Shown one piece after another: positions 19,709 to 31,621 of a DNA stretch of 64,000 nucleotides. How positions within the stretch are numbered: the stretch's first letter is position 1; each line of letters begins with the position of its first letter. Source of the stretch: an uncultured Nitrososphaerales archaeon (lineage in GTDB: Archaea > Thermoproteota > Nitrososphaeria > Nitrososphaerales > Nitrososphaeraceae); NCBI GenBank assembly GCA_963695855.1, contig CAVOHZ010000010.1, forward strand, positions 480,001 to 544,000, written 5' to 3'. Both the position numbers and the translations under genes were made by a program. The notes below the pieces were generated by a model. It searched no databases. It was not told where the DNA came from and saw nothing but the letters and a program-made list of their open reading frames with translations.

Positions 19709-22700
19709 ATGGTTTTTATTAAAAGAATTGAAATTTATGGATTTAAATCATTTGGATTTAAGAATACTATTATCAATTTTAATAATGGTCTAGTAGCGTT
19801 TACGGGACCTAATGGCTCTGGAAAAAGTAATGTTTTGGATGCAATAATGTTTTCACTGGGTGAAAATAGTCCTAAATCCTTGCGCGTTGACAAGTTTCAA
19901 TCTCTGTTCCATGATACTCAAAATAAAGGTCACAGGCTTATTAGAGTAAGTGTTATCTTTGATAACAAAGATAGAGGTATTCCAATTAATTCTGATCATG
20001 TAACATTAACAAGAGAAATGGAAGGTTCTGTTGGAGATAGTCAATATTTTTTGAATGGAAAAAAGGTTGCTAAATCCACGATCACCGAATTACTCCAGAT
20101 AGTTGTAGCGGTTCCAAATAGGTTAAACATTGTACAGCAGGGAATGATTACCAGAATATCAGAATTGAATTCAGATGAGAGAAGGAAAATTATTGAAGAT
20201 ATTGTAGGATTGTCATACTTTGACGAAAAAAAAGAAGAATCTTTAACACAACTTGAAGAATCTGACAGAAGACTAGACATTGCGTTGGCACGTATAGGTG
20301 AGATTAGAAAAAGAATTGATGATTTAGAGATAGAAAGGAATGAACAATTACGATTTGAACACATAGAAACAGATATTAAAAAATACAAGGCAATAAAAAT
20401 ATCAAATGAGATAAAAAGACTAGAAAATACAGTTTCAACAAATGATTTAGAATTAGATAAAAAAAATAGCAAGTCAACTGAATTATCTTTGAATCTCAAG
20501 GAATTAAGAGAAGAAATTGAAAAACTGGATGTTGAGAAAATTGCGTTCATAAAAGAAGTAGATACAAGGAATAAACAAAAAGCAGAAGTTAGCAATAAAA
20601 TTTCATTAATTGTCTATGAAGTAGAAAAATTGAAGGCCATTTATAAACAGACAGTATCAAGAATAGCAGAAATCAAAAACAGATTAAAATCGATAGATGG
20701 AACATTTGAAGATATTGATAAAAAAATAGATCATATTGAGGAGATAGTTAATTTAGCTGAAATTAATATAGAGAAACTATATGATGAAAAGAACTACAAT
20801 ATTAATCTACTAAAAACAATTGATCAAAACATCGTAATTGAAAACAATAAAAATGCAGAGATAAATTCGTTAAAATCAAAATTAGAAAATAGGAATTCCA
20901 AATTAATAAATTTATATAATAATCTTGAAAGACTTATTGTGACTAATCAAGAGAAATTACAAATAAAAACCCACCATGTTAATGAAATTCATAATAAAAT
21001 AAATATACTTAATTCCAACATCTCTAATTCCGTGTCCCAAATTTCATATCACAAAAATAAACTTAAGACGCAACTAAAAGAAAGAGACACCATAGCTATA
21101 TCGATATCAAATTTGCAGGATAAGATAGAAAAATATGCAACAGAATTAGAAAATTCAAGAACAACGTTAGATGAATCCGATCAAGATTCCTTAAAATTTC
21201 AGGAAAAGAATGCGATTTTAGCCAATTCGATGGCGGAAGATTTCACCATCTCAGAGATATTAAAGAATAAGAATCTAGATACAATAGGAGTTGTACATGA
21301 CCTTATAAAATGGGATAAAAATTATCATAGAAGTGTAATAGCCGCAGGATCTGAATGGATGAAAGCCATAGTTGTAAAAGATGCGGGAAGCATGATAAAA
21401 ATAGCAGAATTTGCAAAATCAAGGAAATTGCCTCGAGCCAAAATCATTCCGCTCGATCTAATAAAGTCTTCTGATAAGCTGATACTAAAGGAAGACAATA
21501 TAGGCATAATAGGTCATCTTTCCAATTTTGTTACCTCAGATTTCAAAGTATTGGTGGAATTTTTATTTGGAAACACAATTGTTGTTCGAACAGCAAAAGA
21601 TGCATATACTTTATCTATAAATGGATATAAAACTGTATCCATAGATGGCGAATTATTTGGGACTAGATCAAGATCTTTATTGATAGACTATAATTCTAAA
21701 ATAATCGATGTGGTAAAAGAATTAAATCTGGATAACGATATAAAGACCCTTAGAAATTTAATTCTTAACCTTAAAAAATTCTTAGACAATAAAATCCTAA
21801 AATTAAGGAAGGCGGTCAAGCATGCTAGCGAAATGGAAACTACGAAGATTAAACTGGACAATTCCATAAACCATCACAAAGAAATGCTCAAATTCCATGA
21901 AAATCATCTTTATGAACTAGAAAATGATTTAGATCAACAAATAAACTCAAAAAAGTTAGTCGAAACGGAGACAAATTCGATTGCAGAAAAAATTTACAAG
22001 AATGAAATTAGGTTTGGAATCGTATCCAACACTAAAAACAAATTACAAAATATATTATCAGAAATCGAAGTAAAATATAATGGCTATGAATTAGATAGTC
22101 TAAATATAAGGAGGACCAATCTTCAAACCATTATCGATTCGAAAAACTACGAAATACAGGATCTGACAATAAAAACGACCTCCCAACGAAATGCCAGAGA
22201 ACTACATTCTGACCGTAAATCTATATTAGAAGAAGAGAAGATAAATCTGGAAAAAGAATTAGAAGATAAAGAATCAAGAATTAATATAGATAAGGAAATA
22301 ATCGAAAACAAAGAGACTGATTTGAAGACACTAAGAGATCAAGAACAGGAAATAATAAATGCTTCAGGAAATTCGTATTCAATTTTGCAAACTTATGAAG
22401 AAAAAATCAAATCGTTATTGGAAAATGAAAGAAGAGTTTCAAGGGAATACAACTCGTTTGAGAGAGAAATAGCATTATTAGATAAAGAAAATTCCAACCT
22501 AAGAGAACAACAAAGAAAATTAAATAATGATCTAATCTGGCTAGGATATAAACAGATTATTGAGGAAGATTATGACGTAGATGAATTAGTAACTGAATTA
22601 TCTGAGGAATACGATTCGTTAAAGAATAGAATAAATCTCAGAGCGAATGAAAGTTATATTCAAGTCATTGAAGGTTACAGAGGAATGTCTGAAAGGAAAA

Positions 22701-23242
22701 ATGACTTGGAAAAGGAACGTAATTCTATCATATTATTTATTGAAGAAATAAATAAAGAGAAGGAGAGTATGTTTATGGATGCGTTTCTTAAAATCAATCA
22801 AGATATCAATCACACATTTTCAACAGTCATAGGAGGAAACTCTTGGTTAGAAATTGAAAATCAAGAAGATATCTTTTCAGGGGGTGTTAGGTTGGTTGTT
22901 CAGTTCCCTGGAAAACCTAGGAGAGATTCTACGGCATTGTCAGGGGGAGAAAAAACAATGGCAGCTACAGTATTTCTTTTGGCATTACAATCTATAAAAC
23001 CATCACCATTCTATCTTATGGATGAAATTGATGCGCACTTGGATGCACAGAATACAGAGAGATTGTCAAGCATCTTATTTGAACGAGCTAGAAAAAATCA
23101 AATAATAATGGTAACATTGAAAGATTCAACAATTTCAAAAGTTGACCAAATTTATGGAGTTTATCCTAAAAACGGTGTATCTCAAATATTAAAATACAAA
23201 TATCCTGGAAAATCTTCCGGATCAACTGAGATTATAGCTTAA
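19709..23242 (+). CDS. smc: Chromosome partition protein SMC
   Basis: GFKSF, GPNGSGKSN, long coiled coils, hinge, LSGGEKT, MDEIDAHLD. Confidence 0.97.
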   Translation: MVFIKRIEIYGFKSFGFKNTIINFNNGLVAFTGPNGSGKSNVLDAIMFSLGENSPKSLRVDKFQSLFHDTQNKGHRLIRVSVIFDNKDRGIPINSDHVTLTREMEGSVGDSQYFLNGKKVAKSTITELLQIVVAVPNRLNIVQQGMITRISELNSDERRKIIEDIVGLSYFDEKKEESLTQLEESDRRLDIALARIGEIRKRIDDLEIERNEQLRFEHIETDIKKYKAIKISNEIKRLENTVSTNDLELDKKNSKSTELSLNLKELREEIEKLDVEKIAFIKEVDTRNKQKAEVSNKISLIVYEVEKLKAIYKQTVSRIAEIKNRLKSIDGTFEDIDKKIDHIEEIVNLAEINIEKLYDEKNYNINLLKTIDQNIVIENNKNAEINSLKSKLENRNSKLINLYNNLERLIVTNQEKLQIKTHHVNEIHNKINILNSNISNSVSQISYHKNKLKTQLKERDTIAISISNLQDKIEKYATELENSRTTLDESDQDSLKFQEKNAILANSMAEDFTISEILKNKNLDTIGVVHDLIKWDKNYHRSVIAAGSEWMKAIVVKDAGSMIKIAEFAKSRKLPRAKIIPLDLIKSSDKLILKEDNIGIIGHLSNFVTSDFKVLVEFLFGNTIVVRTAKDAYTLSINGYKTVSIDGELFGTRSRSLLIDYNSKIIDVVKELNLDNDIKTLRNLILNLKKFLDNKILKLRKAVKHASEMETTKIKLDNSINHHKEMLKFHENHLYELENDLDQQINSKKLVETETNSIAEKIYKNEIRFGIVSNTKNKLQNILSEIEVKYNGYELDSLNIRRTNLQTIIDSKNYEIQDLTIKTTSQRNARELHSDRKSILEEEKINLEKELEDKESRINIDKEIIENKETDLKTLRDQEQEIINASGNSYSILQTYEEKIKSLLENERRVSREYNSFEREIALLDKENSNLREQQRKLNNDLIWLGYKQIIEEDYDVDELVTELSEEYDSLKNRINLRANESYIQVIEGYRGMSERKNDLEKERNSIILFIEEINKEKESMFMDAFLKINQDINHTFSTVIGGNSWLEIENQEDIFSGGVRLVVQFPGKPRRDSTALSGGEKTMAATVFLLALQSIKPSPFYLMDEIDAHLDAQNTERLSSILFERARKNQIIMVTLKDSTISKVDQIYGVYPKNGVSQILKYKYPGKSSGSTEIIA

Positions 23243-23305
23243 AAACTAAACAATATTATAACAAAAATAGTGTAAAAAATATAACAGAACAGAAATTTAT
23301 AGAAA

Positions 23306-24292
23306 TTAAGGCTTGTAATTGAAACAACGAACGTGATGATCTTTTTCTTCCATCGTCAGATCCGGTTCAACATCGTTGCATTTATCTATAGAATAGATAC
23401 ATTTATTAAAAAATTTGCATCCTTTCGAAATGTGTGATTGATCATATTCATTCTTGATCATGATCTCTTTATCTTCAATATCACTTAATTTTGGGATAGC
23501 AGATATTAAGGCTTTGGTATATGGATGAAGAGGATTTGTAATCACTTTCTCAATATCACCATATTCAATTATTTGTCCTTTGTATAAGATCATAATGTTG
23601 TCCCCTACTATTCTCGAAGTTGAAAGATCGTGAGTTATATACAGAAATGATATTTTCTCTTCCTCCTTCAACCTTCTCATTAATTCTAGAATTTGGAATC
23701 TTATAGAAACATCTAGCATTGAAACAGGTTCATCTGCAATTATAAGTTTTGGTTGCAATACCAAAGATCTCGCAAAACTTACTCGTTGTCTTTGTCCTCC
23801 AGAAAGCATATGTGGATATTTGTTAGAGATTTCCTCTAAAGGTTCGAGATTAACTTTTTTTAGTGCAGAAAATATTATTTCTCGAGTTTCATGTTTCTTT
23901 AATGATTTTTTGTGTATTTCTAATGGTTCCTTAATAATATCAAATACCTTCATTCTAGGATCAAGGGAGGAATAGGGATCTTGTAGTATCATTTGCATCT
24001 TTCTTCTCAACCTTAGTAATTCTTTGCCTTTTAAATTCGAGATATCTTCATTATCAAAAATGATTTTTCCTGAATCCTGATCTATAGATTTCATTATCAA
24101 TCGAGCTAAAGTGGTCTTGCCTGAACCTGATTCACCTGCAACTACAAGTATTTCACCAATATCAAGTTGAAAATTTACGTTATCTATGACCTTGACGACA
24201 TTTTTTTTTCTGAAACCAAATGATCTTACCAAATCTTGGTTACTAGGAAATGACTTATATAGATTAACAACATTTAGTAGATGGTTTTTCAA
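23306..24292 (-). CDS. Oligopeptide/dipeptide ABC transporter ATP-binding protein (OppF/DppF type)
   Basis: GESGSGKT, QDPYSSLDP, LSGGQRQR, ADEP, HPYTKAL, C-terminal Cys cluster. Confidence 0.92.
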   Translation of the reverse strand: MKNHLLNVVNLYKSFPSNQDLVRSFGFRKKNVVKVIDNVNFQLDIGEILVVAGESGSGKTTLARLIMKSIDQDSGKIIFDNEDISNLKGKELLRLRRKMQMILQDPYSSLDPRMKVFDIIKEPLEIHKKSLKKHETREIIFSALKKVNLEPLEEISNKYPHMLSGGQRQRVSFARSLVLQPKLIIADEPVSMLDVSIRFQILELMRRLKEEEKISFLYITHDLSTSRIVGDNIMILYKGQIIEYGDIEKVITNPLHPYTKALISAIPKLSDIEDKEIMIKNEYDQSHISKGCKFFNKCIYSIDKCNDVEPDLTMEEKDHHVRCFNYKP

Positions 24293-24367
24293 CGCGAGTC
24301 ACAAAATTTTGTTCTTCTTTGTTTTAAATAAAAAAAAATGCAAAATAAAATAAAATAGAAAGAAATA

Positions 24368-25888
24368 TTATTTTGTTTGGTTCTTGTTAATTCTGAATAT
24401 TCTATCAAAATAGTCCGATTGTTCCTGACTTAAATCTTCTGCTTCTGTTTCAGGAATATTTGCTAGACGCCTTGCTAGTTTTTTCTTGTAACCTAATTGC
24501 ATCTGTCTAGCGATTTGAATACGTTGCGCTTGTGGTGAACCCGCACCATGCATAGATTCTGTAAGGTAACCAACTGCATTTCTTCCTAGTGTCATATTCT
24601 CTATTAATCTTAGTACCCGAACCCTATTTTCAGTGGGGATACCCTTTCTTCCCTTAAGATATTTTTCTAAGAGAGGTCCAGTTTCTGGATTTCTAAACTC
24701 TTTTTCAGAAGGCATTGTTACAACTAATCCTCCTGCAATATCTTGAGCCAGTCTCCCAATCTCATAGGGGAAACGAGTAACGTTGTGTTTGCATACGTTT
24801 GCAAGCATATCATCATTCTGAAAATTGCCAGACTTTGTTTTGTATGACTGATAAGACGATGCTAATCCTGCACCAAATATTGTCTCGTTAAGATGCGTCA
24901 TTTCAACTAATTTGTCTTTAATATGAGATACATTTGAAACGCCATTATAATCAGCGATTGATGCTGCTGCACCTATAAGCACGTCACCAAGACCAGTCTT
25001 ACAAACATAGCTCCTTCTGTGGTAACAAGTAAACCTTTCAACCAACATTGAAGCAAACTCATATTCACCATCCATAAAAATAAGATCGTTTGGAATAAAG
25101 ACATTGTCAAAAATCATCATAGCTTCCTGTCCTGAAAATTTGGCATTTCCAGAATCAATATCTCCCCCTTCCATGCTTCTAGTATCACATGATTGTCGTC
25201 CGTAGATATAGATAATACCCGGAGCATCTGCTGGTACAGCACCAACAATGGCATAATCTTTATCTTCGCTTCTAAGCCTCATCGTAGGCATCACCAAGAT
25301 CCAATGAGAATTAATGCATCCTGTCTGATGAGCCTTAGCACCTGATATATAAACACCTTTTTCATCCCGTTTTGCAATATGCACGAATAAATCCGGATCT
25401 TCTTGTTGTGATGGAGAGAGGCTTCTATCTCCCTTTACATCAGTCATAGCTCCTCCAATAACATGATTTTCTTGCTGAATTTTCTTTATGAATTCTTTTA
25501 ACCTTTGATGATATTGTGTATTATTCTTTGCATCAATTTCGAAAGTAGTAGAATAAAGAGAATTTAATGCATCCATACCTACACATCTTTGAAAACAAGT
25601 GCCTGTTAATTGTCCAAGTTTCCGTTGCATCTTATTCTGATTTACAAGATCTTGAGCATTTTCAGTTATGTGTAAAAATCTATTCACACGTAAACCAGAA
25701 AGTGAAGATTCAGCAGAAGCTAATTCTGGCTCTTCGTTAGGCAAATCATAAGTTTCTGCCACAGCATTGATCGAAGGGCGAATCATAGGATGGTCCACTG
25801 GTTCTTTGACTAATTCCCCAAAAAGATAGACCTTTAGATTTCGATTTCTCAAACTTTCTATATACTCGGCTCCGTTTCTAATAGGCAT
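24368..25888 (-). CDS. abfD: 4-hydroxybutyryl-CoA dehydratase (3HP/4HB carbon fixation cycle)
   Basis: GTCFQRCVGMD, MTDVKGDRS, GAKAHQTG, YHRRSYVCK, ESMHGAGSPQAQ. Confidence 0.95.
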   Translation of the reverse strand: MPIRNGAEYIESLRNRNLKVYLFGELVKEPVDHPMIRPSINAVAETYDLPNEEPELASAESSLSGLRVNRFLHITENAQDLVNQNKMQRKLGQLTGTCFQRCVGMDALNSLYSTTFEIDAKNNTQYHQRLKEFIKKIQQENHVIGGAMTDVKGDRSLSPSQQEDPDLFVHIAKRDEKGVYISGAKAHQTGCINSHWILVMPTMRLRSEDKDYAIVGAVPADAPGIIYIYGRQSCDTRSMEGGDIDSGNAKFSGQEAMMIFDNVFIPNDLIFMDGEYEFASMLVERFTCYHRRSYVCKTGLGDVLIGAAASIADYNGVSNVSHIKDKLVEMTHLNETIFGAGLASSYQSYKTKSGNFQNDDMLANVCKHNVTRFPYEIGRLAQDIAGGLVVTMPSEKEFRNPETGPLLEKYLKGRKGIPTENRVRVLRLIENMTLGRNAVGYLTESMHGAGSPQAQRIQIARQMQLGYKKKLARRLANIPETEAEDLSQEQSDYFDRIFRINKNQTK

Positions 25889-26045
25889 ATTCTATTATCG
25901 TCTGAATGTTATTTATATATTATTGGTAGAGGGTATGCTAGCTTCTTTTTTTAGCCAATATACTAGGAAATTTAAGAAAAATATCAAATATTCTGGGAAT
26001 ATTAAACATATATTAATTTTCTGCGTCTTAAAATATCGTAACTAA

Positions 26046-26636
26046 ATGAAACTAGACGATTCAAGAAGAGATCAGTTTAGAAAAATGGCCAAATATCAAG
26101 GATATAGAAGCAGATCAGCATTCAAACTAAAGCAGATTAACAAAACACATCACATCCTAAAAAAAGGAAATACAGTAGTAGATGCTGGATGTGCTCCAGG
26201 GGGATGGATTCAGGTTGCAATGGAAGAGGTGGGAGAGAAAGGAAAGGTCATAGGGATAGATCTGAAAAAGATGGAATCGATATATGGTCCAATACTTATT
26301 CATGGCAGTATAGAGGATGAAAAAGTCATAGCACAAGTTAATCAATTGCTGGATAAGAAGGTAGATGTAATTCTATCAGACATTGCCCCCAATGTAAGCG
26401 GAAATTGGGAATTAGATCATGCAAGACAGATTTCATTGACAGAAAGTGTATTTGATTTGGCAAAAAAGATTTTAAAAAGAAATGGTACTGCAGTTTTCAA
26501 GGTATTCCAAGGAGATATGTTAAATGACCTAATCATCAGATTGAAAGAAAGATTTGAAAGAGTGATACTTACCAAACCTATTGCAAGTAGACAAGAAAGC
26601 AGTGAACTTTATCTGGTTTGTTTAAATTTTAGATAG
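26046..26636 (+). CDS. rlmE: 23S rRNA Um2552 2'-O-methyltransferase (RlmE/FtsJ)
   Basis: GYRSRSAFKL, DAGCAPGGW, LSDIAPN, KVFQG, SRQESSELY. Confidence 0.93.
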   Translation: MKLDDSRRDQFRKMAKYQGYRSRSAFKLKQINKTHHILKKGNTVVDAGCAPGGWIQVAMEEVGEKGKVIGIDLKKMESIYGPILIHGSIEDEKVIAQVNQLLDKKVDVILSDIAPNVSGNWELDHARQISLTESVFDLAKKILKRNGTAVFKVFQGDMLNDLIIRLKERFERVILTKPIASRQESSELYLVCLNFR

Positions 26637-26788
26637 CGAAAATGCATTGTTATAGTTAAGATATTTTGGACTGGTGTGTCATCTTAATGTAAATAGTTAC
26701 TGCTACAAAGACAATTTGACATTACATGAAGAAATTTAAATATTTTTAATATTAAATATAAATATACAAATATTTCAAGGAAAACATA

Positions 26789-27529
26789 TTGCTTGCTTCA
26801 AATTATGAAAGGGAAAAAAATGGAAAAAAATTTATTAAAATATCCAAATCAGAAAGAGAAGGATTTTACAAAATATTATTTTCACGAAGAGATGTTAGAT
26901 CACATTTTACAGATAAAAAAGATATTGCCCTTTCAACACTATTCAAGATATTAAATGCAGCCCATCATGCACCATCAGTTGGTTTCTCTCAACCATGGAA
27001 TTTCATCGTAATAAAAGATATCCAAACGAGGGAAAGGATAAGGAATTCGTTTTTTAAGGAGTATAAAAAATCAGTAGAAATGTTAGAGACAGATAAGAAA
27101 AGGAAGAAGAAATATCAATCTCTAAAACTAGAAGGAATTTTGGAATCTAATATAAACATCTGTATTACATATGATTCTACAAGGTTTGGACCATTTATAA
27201 TAGGAACAACTGCTATACCTGACACTGGAATATACAGTGTCTGCTGTGCAATTCAGAATCTCTGGTTGGCTGCAAGAGCAGAAGAAGTAGGGGTAGGATG
27301 GGTAAGCATTTTATCTAACAAGGATTTGAAAAAAATACTATCGATTCCAAGACATATAAAACCAATAGCTTATTTGTGTCTTGGATATGTTTCAGAATTT
27401 GTGGATAAGCCAGATCTAGAAAGATCAGGATGGCTACAAAGAATGAATCTAAAGGAACTTATTTTCTTAGAAAAATGGGGAAATGACTTGATTTCCCAAG
27501 AAAAGAGAAGTAAGGTAAATGAAGAATAG
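26789..27529 (+). CDS. bluB: 5,6-dimethylbenzimidazole synthase (cobalamin lower ligand)
   Basis: RRDVRSHF, APSVGFSQPW, LKLEGI, IQNLWLAARAE.VGVGWVS. Confidence 0.92.
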   Translation: MLASNYEREKNGKKFIKISKSEREGFYKILFSRRDVRSHFTDKKDIALSTLFKILNAAHHAPSVGFSQPWNFIVIKDIQTRERIRNSFFKEYKKSVEMLETDKKRKKKYQSLKLEGILESNINICITYDSTRFGPFIIGTTAIPDTGIYSVCCAIQNLWLAARAEEVGVGWVSILSNKDLKKILSIPRHIKPIAYLCLGYVSEFVDKPDLERSGWLQRMNLKELIFLEKWGNDLISQEKRSKVNEE

Positions 27530-27573
27530 AAGTATAGAAATGATAATATTCTTCAAAGAGATTAAATAAAGCA

Positions 27574-27954
27574 ATGATTTTTAAAAAAATTTACCTATTG
27601 GCAATACCTACTGTAATTGCAATTATAATATTAATTTTCATGATTAATAATACAAGTTTAATTAATAAGAAAAAATTCGATCTAGCGATCGATGCACTGA
27701 AGGAAGAACAGTCACTATTTACGCATACTCGTGTAAAGATAACTAATATAGGAATCCAACCTCTTACAAATATAACAATAAATTATGGAAATAAAAGTGA
27801 GGTGATATCTATATTGGAACCAGGACAAAGTTATCCATTAAGTCCTCCTGCAGGCAGCGACCTTGAAAAGGTAAGAGTGACTACTAATGAGGGCATCAAC
27901 ATCACTCAGGCATACAGAACACCCATAAAAATGCCGGGAATGATGGGATCTTAG
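27574..27954 (+). CDS. Membrane-anchored hypothetical protein
   Basis: N-terminal TM helix followed by a small beta-rich domain. Confidence 0.7.
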   Translation: MIFKKIYLLAIPTVIAIIILIFMINNTSLINKKKFDLAIDALKEEQSLFTHTRVKITNIGIQPLTNITINYGNKSEVISILEPGQSYPLSPPAGSDLEKVRVTTNEGINITQAYRTPIKMPGMMGS

Positions 27955-27976
27955 ATTAATAGTTACAAAATTTGTT

Positions 27977-28501
27977 TTATTTTTGAATATGATCAAGATA
28001 TCCTTTCCATCCAATTCTTTCTAATTTTTCGAGTTTGTAGTGTACTTCCTTGTTCAGATGAAGTTTGTACTTCTCAATCTTGGTGGATATAGTCGGTGAT
28101 TCGATAGCTAGAATCTGACATGCTAAAATAGCTGCATTCTTTGCACCATTAATAGCTACGGTAGCAACAGGAATTCCGGATGGCATCTGAACAATTGACA
28201 ATAGAGAATCTAAACCATTTAAACTTGAGCTATTAATAGGAACTCCTATAACTGGAATGGTGGACAACGAAGCCACCATTCCTGGCAGATGAGCTGCACC
28301 TCCAGCCCCTGCAATGATCACTTTTATTCCTCTTTTCTTCGCATTAAGTGAATATTTCATCAATCTAACAGGTGTTCTATGAGCTGAAACTATTGTCACC
28401 TCATACGGAATATCAAAATACTCTAGCATTTCTGCGGCCTCCTTCATTACTTTCAAATCAGAATCACTACCCATAATTATGGCAACGTGCGATTTAGTCA
28501 A
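27977..28501 (-). CDS. purE: N5-CAIR mutase
   Basis: [37 protein letters not shown]. Confidence 0.97.
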   Translation of the reverse strand: MTKSHVAIIMGSDSDLKVMKEAAEMLEYFDIPYEVTIVSAHRTPVRLMKYSLNAKKRGIKVIIAGAGGAAHLPGMVASLSTIPVIGVPINSSSLNGLDSLLSIVQMPSGIPVATVAINGAKNAAILACQILAIESPTISTKIEKYKLHLNKEVHYKLEKLERIGWKGYLDHIQK

Positions 28502-28511
28502 CTGTATATAA

Positions 28512-29687
28512 TTATGAATCTGTTATGATATCTATTGAATTTTTTGCTTCATTTGCCCTTTTTAATGCCTCATCAACGGAATTAGCTAGTGCAATAATGT
28601 GACCTAGCTTTCTCTTGGGTTTGGTAGTTTTTTTACCATATATATGGATCTTGACGCCAGGAATGGAAAGTAGTTTTGTCAATCCTGTTACTTTATAATT
28701 GCCAGATAAATCGCTAGGTCCTAAAATATTCTTCATAACTACAGGTTTAAGTAACTCCGGTCTTGCTAAAGGCATGTTCAATATGCAGCGTATGTGTTGT
28801 TCAAATTGGGATACGGGACATGCTTCAACTGTATAATGACCGGAATTATGAGGTCTTGGAGCAATCTCATTAATCAAAATTTCATCATTCTTTGACACAA
28901 ACATTTCTATTCCAAACAGACCTACATCATCCAAACAGTTTACGACTCTTTCTGCAATCTTTCTGGCATTCTCTTCAGATGTAGATGAAATTCTTGCAGG
29001 AACAATTGTCGTATCTAAAATATTATCTCTGTGGATATTTTCTGCTACAGGAAACGATGTAGTTTGACCAGATTTATTTCTAGCGACAATTATAGAGATC
29101 TCATTTGTAAAATCAACAAATTTTTCTGAAAATATGTCTTTACCTAGAAAGTACGACAATCCATTCTGAATTTCATTTGCAGAAGAAATTAGCAGGTTGC
29201 CATGACCATCGTAAGAATCTTCCGAGGCTTTTAACATTATGGGTAACCCAAATTTCTCTATACATAACAACAAATCATCATTAGAATCTATTTTGTAAAA
29301 ATCTGTTGTGGGAAGATTATTTTTCCTTAGAAAAGTTTTTTGCCTAAATTTATTTTGAATAATTTTTAATGTATGCGGAGATGGAAATATCGGATAATTT
29401 TTAGATTCAAGGTTTTTTAGTGCGCTCGAATTTGCCAATTCGATTTCATATGTTATAAGATCACAATTATTAGCCAGTTCATAGATTTTCTCCTCATCCT
29501 TAAAATCAGCTACAATAAGTTTATCGCAAATAGCAGAGGCAGGACAATCAATACTTGGATCAAGAATAATAACTTCGAGTGACATCCTTTTAGCTTCCTG
29601 GGCAATCATTTTACCTAATTGTCCACCACCTATAATCCCTATAGCAGGTGGATTACTTACTGATAATTCATTCAAAAGATTGGTCAT
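28512..29687 (-). CDS. purK: N5-CAIR synthetase
   Basis: [31 protein letters not shown]. Confidence 0.96.
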   Translation of the reverse strand: MTNLLNELSVSNPPAIGIIGGGQLGKMIAQEAKRMSLEVIILDPSIDCPASAICDKLIVADFKDEEKIYELANNCDLITYEIELANSSALKNLESKNYPIFPSPHTLKIIQNKFRQKTFLRKNNLPTTDFYKIDSNDDLLLCIEKFGLPIMLKASEDSYDGHGNLLISSANEIQNGLSYFLGKDIFSEKFVDFTNEISIIVARNKSGQTTSFPVAENIHRDNILDTTIVPARISSTSEENARKIAERVVNCLDDVGLFGIEMFVSKNDEILINEIAPRPHNSGHYTVEACPVSQFEQHIRCILNMPLARPELLKPVVMKNILGPSDLSGNYKVTGLTKLLSIPGVKIHIYGKKTTKPKRKLGHIIALANSVDEALKRANEAKNSIDIITDS

Positions 29688-29904
29688 GAAGATAATAATT
29701 TTGATGACAACAAAGGTGTTAAAAATGTAATCTGTAATTCAAGGAACTATTTTATATCGAAATCACAAATTTAGAAAAGTCTAACAAATGAGTTATATTG
29801 TATTGAAGGAAATTATAGTAAGTATATTCCTTATGAAATTTCTAATATTAAGTATTAGAATAATTTTCATAATGTTTAATTAGAACAAGTTTCTATAATA
29901 ATGT

Positions 29905-30072
29905 GTGATAAAAGTTACCCATCAGAATCGATACGTTCAATCTTTTAGGGATGAGAGAAACAATCACAAGGAATGTTCGAGCTGCGATGGAAATGGCTGG
30001 ATATATGAATTTTATAATGATCCAGTTTCATGGAGATCATGTCCGGACTGTAGCTCAGAAAGTCAGAAATAG
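29905..30072 (+). CDS. 55-aa Zn-finger microprotein with DnaJ-type CxxCxGxG (not in ORF track)
   Basis: ...KECSSCDGNGWIY...SCPDCSSESQK*; GTG start assumed. Confidence 0.55.
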   Translation: MIKVTHQNRYVQSFRDERNNHKECSSCDGNGWIYEFYNDPVSWRSCPDCSSESQK

Positions 30073-30160
30073 GAATTTCTTAAAAAATCTTATTTTTTCT
30101 TGAAAATATGTGCAGGAATTCTAAAGAAATATTTAACAATCATTAATTCAAAACAATATC

Positions 30161-30358
30161 ATGTTAAGGAAAGAAGAAGCTATTAGAAAATGGTTTCCGA
30201 TTGCAGCAATTGTTGCTGGAGTATCTTTTGTCATCACTTTCTTACTTAATCTACCTATTGAAAGAGTGATAGCTGCTACAGCCTTGGCAGGAATTATGGT
30301 ATTTAGTGGATTTTTCTTCAGATCATTTGGAAGGGATCAGAAAGACTACAAACAGTAA
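30161..30358 (+). CDS. Small membrane protein (2 TM)
   Basis: Two hydrophobic segments. Confidence 0.65.
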   Translation: MLRKEEAIRKWFPIAAIVAGVSFVITFLLNLPIERVIAATALAGIMVFSGFFFRSFGRDQKDYKQ

Positions 30359-30485
30359 AAAAGCACTAAACTCGTTAATGCAGTAAAATGCTAATATTTA
30401 AAAATTATGAAAAAATTTTATCTATTAATTTGAAAAAATTGAGTATCAGACTATTTTAATTTGTATAAATATTCTATAATATCCG

Positions 30486-30926
30486 ATGGTTAAATTTTCA
30501 AATCAACTTTATTCCATTTTATTCTTTGTGGCGATGAGTATTTTAACATTAATCATAGTGCAGACAGTCTACTCCTTCATAAAAAACGACATACAGATGC
30601 CTAAATTTGTTATATCAATCATAATGGAATTTATCTTCGTTTTTGTAATAATAAAAGTATACGACGAGATAGGATGTAAATGGGAGAACATCAAAGTGGT
30701 ACCAATTGCAAAAAAACACAAAGAAGAGGTACAACCTACAGTTCAAAATAACTATTATTACGGTAATTCGCCAAAGTTTAATGTGACCAGATTTTGTCCT
30801 AATTGTGGTATCACCGTTATAAAACACATTCCCCAATCTGACCTAGAAAAGTATGAAGCCATACCTAGATTCTGCAGAAACTGCGGATCGCTAATTAATG
30901 AAACAAGAATTCGTAGTAATAAATAA
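30486..30926 (+). CDS. Membrane protein with C-terminal zinc ribbon
   Basis: 2 TM helices, then FCPNCG...FCRNCG. Confidence 0.75.
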   Translation: MVKFSNQLYSILFFVAMSILTLIIVQTVYSFIKNDIQMPKFVISIIMEFIFVFVIIKVYDEIGCKWENIKVVPIAKKHKEEVQPTVQNNYYYGNSPKFNVTRFCPNCGITVIKHIPQSDLEKYEAIPRFCRNCGSLINETRIRSNK

Positions 30927-30986
30927 AGTCAATATACAAAATAGATAAATCCTAAAAACAATCTTAAATAAACTGAGAACTAGATA

Positions 30987-31538
30987 TTGAAAATAAAAAA
31001 TTTTAACAGTAAATTAACACTGAAAATCATAGTAGCAGTAACAGTACTTTTAGGTTTTATAGCATATAATGTGAATGAAACAATATTTGTTTATGTTCTC
31101 TCAGAAACCGCGGAAGAAATTCACAATGCTATAATGAGTAAAAATGTTTTGGACACCCAATATTTGAAGGGGATAGCAGAGATAGGAGGGTTCATAATTA
31201 ATACAGATATTGCATTGACAGATAAGCAGAAACAAGATGGACTATCAATAAGGAACAATATGCAAGAAAACGAAGGAATGATATTTGTTTTCAAAGAACC
31301 GAAACAACAAAGTTTTTGGATGAAAGGTATGAAATTTCCAATCGATATCATATGGTTGGATGCCAATCTATCTATAGTGCATATTGAGAAAAGTTTACAG
31401 CCCTGTGAATCATTTATATCTTGTCCTTCATATAGTCCATCATCTAATGCACTATTTGTTCTAGAAACAGTTTCAGGATTTGCAGATAGTCATGACCTTA
31501 AAATAGGTAAGAAAATAAATTTCAAATTATTAGAATAG
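30987..31538 (+). CDS. DUF192 family protein
   Basis: GLS.R, EGMIFVF, FWMKGMKFPIDIIW, FVLE. Confidence 0.9.
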   Translation: MKIKNFNSKLTLKIIVAVTVLLGFIAYNVNETIFVYVLSETAEEIHNAIMSKNVLDTQYLKGIAEIGGFIINTDIALTDKQKQDGLSIRNNMQENEGMIFVFKEPKQQSFWMKGMKFPIDIIWLDANLSIVHIEKSLQPCESFISCPSYSPSSNALFVLETVSGFADSHDLKIGKKINFKLLE

Positions 31539-31621
31539 ACCATATCCTTAATAAAATATAATTTGCTACTTTTATAAAATTAACAGTGTACGTGAAAATT
31601 AGAATTTATCTAAATTTCTGA